Source: Bacillota bacterium
GTDB lineage: Bacteria > Bacillota > Clostridia > Lachnospirales > WQUN01
Assembly (NCBI GenBank): GCA_009782085.1
Contig: WQUN01000203.1
Location: 1 to 42,631, forward strand
DNA: 42,631 nt
Reading direction: 5' to 3'
Part shown: positions 29,557 to 38,026 of the stretch, one piece after another
Layout: each line of letters starts with the position of its first letter
Position numbering within the stretch: position 1 is the stretch's first letter
Position numbers and translations under genes: made by a program
Notes under the pieces: model-generated
What the model was told of the DNA's origin: nothing
The model's input: only the letters and a program-made list of their open reading frames with translations
The model's database searches: none

Positions 29557-31703
29557 TGCGCCAAAACCTCCCCATCCTCTGTCAGCGCGTACAATTTGCC
29601 GCGGATAATCCCCCTTGCGACCTCCCCCGGCCGCGCCTCCATATCCGCCGAATCGGTATACATATTTATCACGTCCGCCAGCAGCCTGGTGAAAACCGGC
29701 CGCTGCGACTTGACCGACTGCGGGTCGTACCCGAACTCCACCGGGCCGAAGTAGGCGAGCGCCGCGCCGCCGGACGGGTACTCCCGCATGAACGCGTTGG
29801 CCGCGGGCATGATCCGTGTGCCGGATTGTCCCTCTTTATATTCCACCTTGGAGACTTCTATCGTGTCGGGGTGAAGGCCCATCCAGCCGTTCATCGCCTT
29901 GTAGGCCCCGTATTCGGCGAACCTTTTGAAGCGGCCGTCGCGGACGGTGAAAACCGCGCCGTGTCCGGTGGTCTTTTCGGAGCCGGGCAATATGCCGAAC
30001 AGCTCGTCGTACTCCGGCACGCGCTCCAGCTCCAGGCCGAACATCTGCCCGACGGCGAACACAACGCCGCCGCCGAGAACCCAGCCGCGGATCTTCAGCA
30101 GGACTTTTTTCCTGCTGAACGCCTCCGCCGGCATGATCAGCAGCCTGAACCGCTCCAGCGCGCCGTCCAGGACCATGTAGTCGCTAACGGGCATGATGTC
30201 CGTCCGCTTGCGTATATACGTGACGATCGGCTCTATGCCCTCCGGAATGCCCTTGCCGAGCGCGCCCAGATAGCACGGCCAGAAGAACGCCGCCTTGCGC
30301 GTCGGCGAATGCCCCCCGCCAGAAGGCGGGCTTCCCGCCGCGCCCCCGCCTATATTTTCCGGCTGTTCCGCTGGACCCGCGGCGTCCGGCGCGCATGAAG
30401 CCTTTGCCTCCGCGCCAGGCGGCGGAAGCCCCCCGGCCGAAGGCGGGTTCCCCGCCGCGCTCTCGCCTTTATTTTCCGGCCGCTCCGCTGGGCCCGCGGC
30501 GTCCGGCGCGCATGAAGCCTTCGCCTCCGCGCCCGGCGGCGGAAGCCCCCCGGCCGAAAGCGGGCTTCCCGCCGCGCTTCCGCCTATCAGGGGCAGGTAC
30601 CGCGTAAAGCGGAGCGTCCTGTCGTTTGATATGGTAAAGTCGTTTTCGTCCGGGAGTTTGAAAATATTGTTGTAGTAAAAGAATATCTGGCGGTTCCCGT
30701 ACGCGCCCGAGCCGAACATGCGGGCCGCGACGCCCTCCGGCGTCAGCGGGCCGACGGGCTCGAGGCCGAGGTACGCGCCGTAAAATTCGCAGGCCGAATG
30801 CGTGTAGCTCGTCGTGAAGAAATTCTCGAAAAAGCGGTTGCACTCGTTCGTGAGGCGGACGCCGCCGCCGTGCCGGGCGCAGGCCTTCGCCTGGGCCGAG
30901 AACGACGAGGCGTGTTCCGGCTCCTCCTGGCCGCCGGTGCACATGTAGACTGGCGTGTCCGGGAAGAATTTCCGGCAGGCCGCCATCCAGAAATCGACGA
31001 AACCGGTCATCGAGTCTTTGTACCAGTCCAGCTCGTCGAAGCGGGCCGTCAGGGAGGGGGCTTTATGCGGCAGGAACGGGCTTATCTCGCCGAAGGACGC
31101 ATACGGATAGTTCCAGGCCGCGCACAGCGCCTTGATCCCGCCGTACCTGGCTTGCAGCCATTCCCGGAAGGAGGCCGCCGCGAGGCCGCCGCCCATCCAG
31201 TAGCCGGGATGCGTATGGTAGTCGCCCGGCCAGTTGCCGATCACGGGCATGATGGCCTCGCCGTAGTCGCCGCAGATCCCGGGCTGCACGGACTCCAGGA
31301 CGCCCCAGGGCAGATAGTGCGCCGCGAACGCCTCCAGCACGCGCTCGACCTCCGGGCGCAAAAGCGGGTTCCATATCGAGTCTATCGGGGACTCCTTGCC
31401 GTGCTCGAGGCATACGAGGCCGAGGTGATCGGGACTTTTGAGCCACCAGCCTGGCGAGGCGTATTTCGGGCCGATCAGTATGAACGGCACGTATTTCAGG
31501 CCGGCGTCCCGGATCAGGCCGACCCGCCTGTCATAGCGGCCCCATTCGAACCCGCCGCGCTCGTTCGGCTCGAAGTCCTTCCAGAAGGTGTATATCTGGA
31601 CGGAGGTCACGCCGGCGGCCTTCATCTGGTTAAGGATCGACGAAACGTCGGGGCGGTCCCAGATCTGCTCTGCGCAGACGACTATTTCGGGAGCGGAGGA
31701 CAT
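29553..31703 (-). CDS. Large clan GH-A TIM-barrel glycoside hydrolase (GH42/GH14-like) with C-terminal GATase-like domain and an internal tandem-repeat linker
   Basis: The N-terminal region is MKAAGVTSVQIYTFWKDFEPNERGGFEWGRYDRRVGLIRDAGLKYVPFILIGPKYASPGWW, a GH42/GH14-type barrel start. Length is 716 aa, and the stop overlaps the SDR start. Family assignment is by resemblance only. Confidence 0.8.
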   Translation of the reverse strand: MSSAPEIVVCAEQIWDRPDVSSILNQMKAAGVTSVQIYTFWKDFEPNERGGFEWGRYDRRVGLIRDAGLKYVPFILIGPKYASPGWWLKSPDHLGLVCLEHGKESPIDSIWNPLLRPEVERVLEAFAAHYLPWGVLESVQPGICGDYGEAIMPVIGNWPGDYHTHPGYWMGGGLAAASFREWLQARYGGIKALCAAWNYPYASFGEISPFLPHKAPSLTARFDELDWYKDSMTGFVDFWMAACRKFFPDTPVYMCTGGQEEPEHASSFSAQAKACARHGGGVRLTNECNRFFENFFTTSYTHSACEFYGAYLGLEPVGPLTPEGVAARMFGSGAYGNRQIFFYYNNIFKLPDENDFTISNDRTLRFTRYLPLIGGSAAGSPLSAGGLPPPGAEAKASCAPDAAGPAERPENKGESAAGNPPSAGGLPPPGAEAKASCAPDAAGPAEQPENIGGGAAGSPPSGGGHSPTRKAAFFWPCYLGALGKGIPEGIEPIVTYIRKRTDIMPVSDYMVLDGALERFRLLIMPAEAFSRKKVLLKIRGWVLGGGVVFAVGQMFGLELERVPEYDELFGILPGSEKTTGHGAVFTVRDGRFKRFAEYGAYKAMNGWMGLHPDTIEVSKVEYKEGQSGTRIMPAANAFMREYPSGGAALAYFGPVEFGYDPQSVKSQRPVFTRLLADVINMYTDSADMEARPGEVARGIIRGKLYALTEDGEVLAQ
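30312..30591. repeat. In-frame 117-bp (39-aa) tandem repeat, about 2.4 copies, inside the glycoside hydrolase CDS
   Basis: Units start at 30312, 30429 and 30546. The encoded sequence is AAGSPLSAGGLPPPGAEAKASCAPDAAGPAERPENKGES / AAGNPPSAGGLPPPGAEAKASCAPDAAGPAEQPENIGGG / AAGSPPSGGG... Confidence 0.92.
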
Positions 31704-31792
31704 ATGGCACCTCGGGGTTAGGGATGGAAAATGATGTTTAGGGGTTGGTTATATGGAGAATGCGCAATGTAGAAAATGCTTACATTATCCGT

Positions 31793-32674
31793 TTATTTAA
31801 AAGTAATCTGGTCAGCAAGTTTGTTCACTAAAGTATGCGCTGTATTCATGAAATTTTCTTTTTGGGTTTCATCCTCAGCTATACTAGCATGAAATATAAA
31901 CCATGTAGCGCCATAAACGTCGCTTATATATTTCATTTGCCGTAGCATTTCCCATATTTCCGGTTCATAATAGCCAAAATATAGTTTCAGCATAAGCTGT
32001 TGGTCTTCATCTGTCAGTCCGACACAGTTAGCAAGATGGGCAAAATCAAAAAATCCGTCACCATATCCGCAATACTCCCAATCGATTATGCAGACGCTAT
32101 CACCATCATATAAAATATTGTTATTGAATGTATCATTATGAGAAAATACTTTATATAGTAATTTGCTATTGCTTCTTATTTTTCTAATTCTTTCAACTTC
32201 AGCCATAACTTTCCCTGTTCCGGCGGGAAGCCGCATATTGCATATTCTCGCTGTTTCTATATATTTGTTAAGCTGGTCATAAATACTGAAAATTCTGTCG
32301 ACCTTAATATTGTCATGAACCAACTTCAATGCTCGGACATACTTTTTCATGATTTCAGGGCTGCTGGCATCGTCGCCTGAAAGACATTTTCCGGCAAAAA
32401 AATCCGTTATCAAATATTCTACGGCATGGTCTAAATTATATACTTTTGGAGCAATTCCAAGCAAATTTGCTTGTTGAATTGCCTGCGCTTCTTGCACCGT
32501 GTCCAATCCCAAATACGGTGTCTGTCTGCTGTTGTTGATTCTAACACAATAAATTCTATCGGTACATTTTATTTTATAAGTTTTATTGACATATCCTCCC
32601 GGCAATTCTTCACAGTTGACTTTAATGTCACTAAAAATACTTTCTTTTTCTATGATTTTTTCAATGGTTAGCAT
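31793..32674 (-). CDS. APH/choline-kinase-fold phosphotransferase (small-molecule kinase)
   Basis: Carries VFSHNDTFNNNIL (HxDxxxxN catalytic loop), CIIDWEYCGYGD (DxE metal site) and an N-terminal GGYVNKTYKI nucleotide-binding stretch. The gene uses strongly AT-rich codons in a GC-rich genome. Confidence 0.85.
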   Translation of the reverse strand: MLTIEKIIEKESIFSDIKVNCEELPGGYVNKTYKIKCTDRIYCVRINNSRQTPYLGLDTVQEAQAIQQANLLGIAPKVYNLDHAVEYLITDFFAGKCLSGDDASSPEIMKKYVRALKLVHDNIKVDRIFSIYDQLNKYIETARICNMRLPAGTGKVMAEVERIRKIRSNSKLLYKVFSHNDTFNNNILYDGDSVCIIDWEYCGYGDGFFDFAHLANCVGLTDEDQQLMLKLYFGYYEPEIWEMLRQMKYISDVYGATWFIFHASIAEDETQKENFMNTAHTLVNKLADQITFK

Positions 32675-32813
32675 CTTGTCCTGCCCCTAGACAATATAAA
32701 TTATCTTCGTAGCATTTGCTACGCATTCTTCACCGAATATCCTCTTCTATATTTATATCCTGAACCGTTATACCAAATCCGCCGCCATCTGTCAACATTC
32801 CGCATTTTTGTAC

Positions 32814-32924
32814 CAAGCTCGGCGCGCCGGGGTCGGCGCGCCCTACAACTGTTGTGTATATTGTATATTCATGCGCTTGTCATGTATTTTTCATTATTCA
32901 CTATACACTATTCACTATTCACTG
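32814..32924. repeat. Truncated copy of the right half of the 22006-22200 MITE, followed by five 7-bp tandem repeats
   Basis: 32814-32881 reads CAAGCTCGGCGCGCCGGGGTCGGCGCGCCCTACAA..GTTGTGTATATTGTATATTCATGCGCTTGTC, which aligns with 22111-22197. TTCATTA/TTCACTA/TACACTA/TTCACTA/TTCACTG at 32890-32924 overlap the helicase stop codon. Confidence 0.85.
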
Positions 32925-35438
32925 TTTCCAAAACTCTCTCAGCCTCTTTTCCACCTCCCCGCTCCTCCCCACGGTCTCAAAATGCCCCCACTCCCACGGA
33001 AACAGCTCCCGATAGTCCCCCCTCAAAAACCTCCCGTCCAGCAGCAAGAGCGCGCCCCTGTCCGTCTCGGAGCGGATGACGCGGCCGGCGGCCTGGAGCA
33101 CCTTGTTCATCCCCGGGTACATGTAGGCGTAGGGGAAGCCCGCGCCGGCGGCGCTTTGGTAGTATTCGGAGAGGACGTCCCGCTCCGTCGAGATGAGCGG
33201 CAGGCCGACGCCGACCACCGCCGCGCCGATCAGCCGGTCGCCGGCCAGGTCTATGCCCTCGGAGAACACGCCGCCCAGCACCGCGAAGGCGACGAAGCTG
33301 CCGCTTCCGGCCCGCGGGTCTTTCGGTATCTCGCTGAAATTCTCCAGGAATCCGTCCCGCTCCTCCTCGCTCATGGCCTGGGTCTGTATCCTCGCCTCGA
33401 TCTGCGGGTATTTTTCGGTGAAAATCGCAAAAACCGCGCTGAGGTAGGCGTAGGACGGGAAGAAGGCGAAGTAGTTGCCGGCCTTGGCCGAGGCCATCTC
33501 GTATATCCGCTCGGCCACGGGTGCGTTGCTGTTCTCCCGGTTTTTGAGCTTCGTGGAGATTCCGCGGTCCACAAGCACGCAGAGGTTTTCGCGGTCGTAG
33601 GGTGAGGCCAGTTTCAGCAGGAAATCCTTTTCCCCGCCGCCGAGCACGTCCCGGAAGTAGGTTAGGGGAGTGAGCGTGGCGGAGAAAAAGACCGACGCGC
33701 GGGACTTGCTCTGCTCCTTGGCCAGCAGGCGCGACGGGTCCAGGCAGTAGAGCCTCACCCGCAGGTCGCGCTCTTTCGCGTTCTTTTCGGCGTAGGTCAC
33801 GTAGCGCTCGTCGTAGCCCTCCGCTATCCTGATGAAATCGCCCGCCAGGAAGTACAGCTCCAGCACGGCCTCGCCCATAGCCGAGAACTGGTTGGTTTTT
33901 AGCCAGCCGTCGGCCTCCGACAGGAATTCGCACAAAAGCGCGCACAGATCCTCAGGCGGGCTCTTGGACACCGAGACGGCGGCGTCCGTTTTTCCGTCGG
34001 CGGGGACGGCGATCTGCGCGTATCTCTGACGGAAGTATTTGACGATATTCCGAACGGACGCGTACAGCCCGGTTTTTTTCTCCAATCCCTTCGCGACGCC
34101 GGAAAAAGCCTTCCTGGACACGGTCGCGGAGAACATCTCCCGCGCCCTGTCGGCCAGGTTGTGCGCCTCGTCGTTTAAGACGGCGAACTTCCCGCCGTCC
34201 GCGAAAAAGCGTTTCAGCCGCGCGCGCGGGTCGTAGACGTGGTTGTAGTCGCACACGACGACGTCGCAGAACACCGAAACGTCGAGCTGGAACTCGAACG
34301 GGCAGACGTTGTGCCGCAGGGCGTAGCGCTCCACTGTCTCCCGCGCGATAATCGTCTCGTGAGTAACGGCGTCCAGCACGGCGGCGTTTACCCTGTCGAA
34401 ATGCCCGTTCGCCCGCTCGCAGCCCTCCGGCGAGCAGTTCCGGACCTCCAGCGGGCAGAGCTTGTCCTTGGCGGTAAGCGTGACGGAGCGTATGCGGAGG
34501 CCCCCGGCGGCCATGATATTCAGGGCCTGTTCCGCGGCCTTCCGCGTCGGCGTCTTGGCGGTCGCGTAGAATATCTTCTCTATATGGCCCTCCGCCAGGG
34601 CCTTGATCGACGGGAACAGCGCGGAGACGGTCTTGCCGACGCCCGTCGGGGCCTGGGCGAAGAGCTTTTTCCCCTGTTTAACGGCGGCGTACACGGCCAC
34701 GCACATCTCCCGCTGGCCCCGCCTGTAAGCCTCGAACGGGAAGCCCAGCGCCGCGGCCGTCTCGTTGCGCTCCGCGACGCGCATGGCGTCCGCCCGGGCA
34801 AAGGCGAGATACTTGTCCAGGAGCTCAAAAAAAAACGCCTCCAGCGCCTCTATGGTATATTGTTCGTCAAAGACGCGCGTCTCCGGCGAACCCACGCGGC
34901 CGGAATCAGCCGGGTCATTTAACGCCGCCGAGGCGTCATAGACGCGCGTCTCAGGCGAATCCACGCGGCAGTAGGTCAGGCGGAGGACGGCGCGGTCGAT
35001 GTCGCCGAGCTTGCAGTACATATAGGCGTAGCACTTAAGCTGCGCCCAGTGCCAGTGCTCCGGGCCGACGTCCAGTTCCCCCGGCGGCGAGTAGGTGGAC
35101 TTTATCTCCTCCAGGCGCGGCACGTCCTCGTCCACGCCGTCGGCGCGGCCTTCCAGGTCGAACCGGAAGCCGCCGCGCTCGACGGACATTTTAAGGAAGC
35201 GCTCCGACGTATAAGCGCCGCCGCGCTCCTTGGCCTCGGCCTTGCGGAGCCTCTGCATCGCCTGATGGGCGCGGACGCCCTCCGCCGCCCGCTCGGCGCC
35301 GATCCAGCCCGGCGTGATGCTCCCGGAGCGCATGAGGAACTCCGCCAGGCTGCGGACGGAGAGGGCCAGGGCGGGAAGAGGGGAGGCGGCGGTTGTGGTT
35401 ACAATCATTTTCGTATCCGTATCGGAACAGGTTTTCAT
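32919..35438 (-). CDS. DinG/XPD-family (Rad3-like, Fe-S) DNA helicase fused to an N-terminal PD-(D/E)XK (Cas4/AddB-like) nuclease domain
   Basis: Helicase motifs are Walker A AQAPTGVGKT, DEAH box LNDEAHNL, the Cys cluster KLCPLEVRNCSPEGCERANGH...VCPF, and a C-terminal VLGGVFSEGIDL..GAAVVGVGLP...QAAGRVIRSETDRG. The N-terminal about 200 aa carry FDLEGRADGV..LEEIKS..QLKCYAYMY, a nuclease-like D..E.K plus Y motif. The ATG overlaps the GGDEF stop (ATGA). Confidence 0.88.
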   Translation of the reverse strand: MKTCSDTDTKMIVTTTAASPLPALALSVRSLAEFLMRSGSITPGWIGAERAAEGVRAHQAMQRLRKAEAKERGGAYTSERFLKMSVERGGFRFDLEGRADGVDEDVPRLEEIKSTYSPPGELDVGPEHWHWAQLKCYAYMYCKLGDIDRAVLRLTYCRVDSPETRVYDASAALNDPADSGRVGSPETRVFDEQYTIEALEAFFFELLDKYLAFARADAMRVAERNETAAALGFPFEAYRRGQREMCVAVYAAVKQGKKLFAQAPTGVGKTVSALFPSIKALAEGHIEKIFYATAKTPTRKAAEQALNIMAAGGLRIRSVTLTAKDKLCPLEVRNCSPEGCERANGHFDRVNAAVLDAVTHETIIARETVERYALRHNVCPFEFQLDVSVFCDVVVCDYNHVYDPRARLKRFFADGGKFAVLNDEAHNLADRAREMFSATVSRKAFSGVAKGLEKKTGLYASVRNIVKYFRQRYAQIAVPADGKTDAAVSVSKSPPEDLCALLCEFLSEADGWLKTNQFSAMGEAVLELYFLAGDFIRIAEGYDERYVTYAEKNAKERDLRVRLYCLDPSRLLAKEQSKSRASVFFSATLTPLTYFRDVLGGGEKDFLLKLASPYDRENLCVLVDRGISTKLKNRENSNAPVAERIYEMASAKAGNYFAFFPSYAYLSAVFAIFTEKYPQIEARIQTQAMSEEERDGFLENFSEIPKDPRAGSGSFVAFAVLGGVFSEGIDLAGDRLIGAAVVGVGLPLISTERDVLSEYYQSAAGAGFPYAYMYPGMNKVLQAAGRVIRSETDRGALLLLDGRFLRGDYRELFPWEWGHFETVGRSGEVEKRLREFWKQ

Positions 35439-36325
35439 GCGCCGGAGCTTCCTTTGTCATTCGATCTCCTGTACTTTTCCTTCATCTCATACATTTTCGC
35501 GTCCACGGCCTTCATTATGTCCGCCACGGCGTCTTCGACGCCGCCGGCGATCTCCCGCGCCTCGATGACGCCGTAGCTTATTGAGTAGCGGACGCCGCCG
35601 TCGCAGGCCGCGCCGATCTCAGCCAGCCTGCGCCCGGCGCTTTCCATGATGCCGGCCGCCGCCTCCCGAGGGCATTGGGGGAACAGTATCAGAAACTCGT
35701 CCCCGCCTATCCGCGCGAAGACGTCCGTCTCGCGCACGGCGCTTTTGACGACGGAGACGACCTCCATTATATACCTGTCTCCCTCGGCGTGGCCGAAGGT
35801 GTCGTTGACGTACTTCAGGCCGTTCAAGTCCAGGCAGCAGACGCTGAAAAAATCCCCGCCGCGCCCGAGCTCCGACGCGTATCTGTTCAGGATGTCCGCC
35901 GCGAAGCGCCGGTTGTATATGCCGGTCATCGCGTCGATGTACATGCTCTGGGTCATTAGCTGCTCCGACGCTTTGATCTCCGTGCGGTCCAGGCCGCAGA
36001 ACAGAAGCGCCCGGCGGCCTCTCTCCCATTTCGACGGATACCGCGTGATGCGGAAAAGCCTACCGTTTATGCTCCTGCTGTACTCCAGATCGGTTTGGCC
36101 GTCGTCCCCGCGCCGCGCCGCGGCTCTGCCAGCCGGCTGGGGTTCCGCCGAAAAGCCCGGCCTGGGCTCGAAAGCGAGAGGCGTCTCGTCCAGGAAGCCC
36201 GCGTTCGGGAAAAGCTCCCTCGCCATACGGTTCATGTATATTATCCGCCCGTCCGCCGGGTCCGCGGCGCATATGAGCACGGGCATTCTCTCGAATACGT
36301 CGGGCATATCGAGATATGTTTCCAT
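35435..36325 (-). CDS. PAS-like sensor + GGDEF diguanylate cyclase (I-site present)
   Basis: TGIYNRRF, CLDLNGLKYVNDTFGHAEGD, and RETDVFARIGGDEFLILF, which holds an RxxD I-site 5 residues before GGDEF. The N-terminus has a PAS-like PVLICAADPADGRIIYMNRMARELF. Confidence 0.9.
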   Translation of the reverse strand: METYLDMPDVFERMPVLICAADPADGRIIYMNRMARELFPNAGFLDETPLAFEPRPGFSAEPQPAGRAAARRGDDGQTDLEYSRSINGRLFRITRYPSKWERGRRALLFCGLDRTEIKASEQLMTQSMYIDAMTGIYNRRFAADILNRYASELGRGGDFFSVCCLDLNGLKYVNDTFGHAEGDRYIMEVVSVVKSAVRETDVFARIGGDEFLILFPQCPREAAAGIMESAGRRLAEIGAACDGGVRYSISYGVIEAREIAGGVEDAVADIMKAVDAKMYEMKEKYRRSNDKGSSGA

Positions 36326-36347
36326 TCATTCCTCCAGGAATAGGATA

Positions 36348-37508
36348 TTACAACGCCAGGTTGGGCTCCGCGTTCAGGTCCGGCCCCGAAAACCGCCCTT
36401 CCAGATAATGAAAATACCCGCACGACGCGATCATGGCCGCGTTGTCCGTACAAAACACGGGCGGCGGGACGTGGAAGCCGAGCCCGCGCTTTTCGCACAC
36501 GTCCGCCATCGCGGCCCTCAGCGCGCCATTGGAGGCCACGCCCCCGGCCAGCGCGATCTCCTTGGCGCCGGTTTCAGCGGCGGCGGCCATTGTCTTTTCG
36601 ACGAGCGCCTCCACGACGGCCTTTTGGAAGGACGCGGCCAGGTCGCTCACGGGCGGCTCCCCGCCGGCAGTCTTTATTTTGTTTATCGTGTTCAGCACGG
36701 CGGATTTGAGCCCGCTGAAGCTGAAATCGTATATCCCGCCGTCCACCCTGGCCTTAGGGAAGGCGAAAGCGGCGGCGTCCCCGTCCTTCGCGGCCCGCTC
36801 CACGGCAGGGCCGCCCGGATAGCCAAGGCCCAGCGCCCTGGCGATTTTGTCGAAGGCCTCCCCGGCGGCGTCGTCCCGCGTGCGCCCGAGGACGCGCACG
36901 CGCATGGGGCCGGAAACCGAGTTTTCCTTTTCCGCCAGCACCAGATGGGTATGCCCTCCGGACACCACCAGGCACAGAAACCGCTTTCCCTCCAAATCGC
37001 CGTCGGTCAGGAAATTCGCGCAGATGTGCCCCTCTATGTGGTTGACGCCGATTAGCGGCAGTCCCCAGGCGAAGGCAAGGCTCTTGGCGAAGGATACGCC
37101 CACCAGCAGCGCCCCTTCCAGCCCCGGCCCGCAGGTGACGGCGATCCCGGCGAGATCCCCCGGCGCGGCGCCGGAAGCCAGCATGGCCTCGTCCGCGACG
37201 GAGCATATCGTCTCGATATGCCTCCTGGAGGCGATCTCCGGCACCACGCCGCCGTAGACCGAGTGGATGCCGACCTGCGAGGCGATGACGTTCGAGAGGA
37301 CTTCCGCGCCGTTTCCGACCACGGCGGCGGCCGTCTCGTCGCAGGAAGTCTCGATGCCGAGAATAAGCGCGGCCCGGCGGCCCGGCGCGCCTGGGTTTTC
37401 CCGCGCGGCTTCCGCTTCCGGGCTTATTCCGTCCCGCGCGGTTCCCACTGCCCGCTTTCCGCGCCCGGGCTTCGCTATGCCGTCCGTTTGAACCCGTATA
37501 TTTTCCAT
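36348..37508 (-). CDS. tsaD: tRNA N6-adenosine threonylcarbamoyltransferase TsaD (Kae1/Gcp family), with unusual N-terminal extension or misplaced start
   Basis: ILGIETSCDETAAAVV, SRRHIE, GVNHIEGH and LLVSGGHT-like (LVVSGGHTHL) match TsaD. There is no canonical start codon near ILGIETS. Candidates are ATG 37508, which overlaps the upstream gene by 34 nt, and GTG 37448. Confidence 0.88.
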   Translation of the reverse strand: MENIRVQTDGIAKPGRGKRAVGTARDGISPEAEAARENPGAPGRRAALILGIETSCDETAAAVVGNGAEVLSNVIASQVGIHSVYGGVVPEIASRRHIETICSVADEAMLASGAAPGDLAGIAVTCGPGLEGALLVGVSFAKSLAFAWGLPLIGVNHIEGHICANFLTDGDLEGKRFLCLVVSGGHTHLVLAEKENSVSGPMRVRVLGRTRDDAAGEAFDKIARALGLGYPGGPAVERAAKDGDAAAFAFPKARVDGGIYDFSFSGLKSAVLNTINKIKTAGGEPPVSDLAASFQKAVVEALVEKTMAAAAETGAKEIALAGGVASNGALRAAMADVCEKRGLGFHVPPPVFCTDNAAMIASCGYFHYLEGRFSGPDLNAEPNLAL

Positions 37509-38026
37509 CGTCCGTTTTCCCTAATCATAGTATATTCCAGCGTATCCCGCATGTTCCGCGTCATGTATTCGGTCACGGTCACGGAGCAGGCGTCCGCGCC
37601 GTCATAGACCGGCTCGCCGGCCTCCGCGCCGGTGATGCGCAGGCCGCGCCCGCTCATCCGCCCTATCTGCTCCATGGCGCGGGAGACGGCTTCTTCCTCC
37701 GGGTTCAGCTCCAGAAGCGCCCCGGCGAATAGCCGCCTCTGCTTCCGGATAAGCCCCGGTATCAGGCTTTCGTCCGCGCCGCCGTAGAGGCACTCGACAA
37801 ATCTGCCGTTCAGTTCCGCAAGGGCCGCCGGGTCTTGCGGATAATCCCCGTCCAGGTCCGTTTCCAGCAGGCTTTGCGCCCGGACGCGGCCGGGCATAAA
37901 TTTATCGGGATTCCTGTCGGCCCTGACCGCCGAAACGGCGAGCGCGAGCACAAATATCGCGGCGAACGCCGCGAAAACAGATCCGGCTTTTATGTCACGC
38001 ATCTCCCAAAAACACTTTTTTGACAA
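37475..38026 (-). CDS. Membrane-anchored hypothetical protein
   Basis: The 183-aa ORF has one N-terminal TM helix (SVFAAFAAIFVLALAVSAV) and a soluble domain with no motif I recognise. The start is uncertain (TTG 38026 or ATG 38002). Confidence 0.55.
   Translation of the reverse strand: MSKKCFWEMRDIKAGSVFAAFAAIFVLALAVSAVRADRNPDKFMPGRVRAQSLLETDLDGDYPQDPAALAELNGRFVECLYGGADESLIPGLIRKQRRLFAGALLELNPEEEAVSRAMEQIGRMSGRGLRITGAEAGEPVYDGADACSVTVTEYMTRNMRDTLEYTMIRENGRWKIYGFKRTA

Noticed and set aside
30312-30591. Possibility that the 117-bp repeats are a MITE/IS insertion disrupting the glycoside hydrolase
   Set aside because: The period is a multiple of three and no stop codons occur. The reading frame continues into a well-formed C-terminal domain, so the gene is intact.
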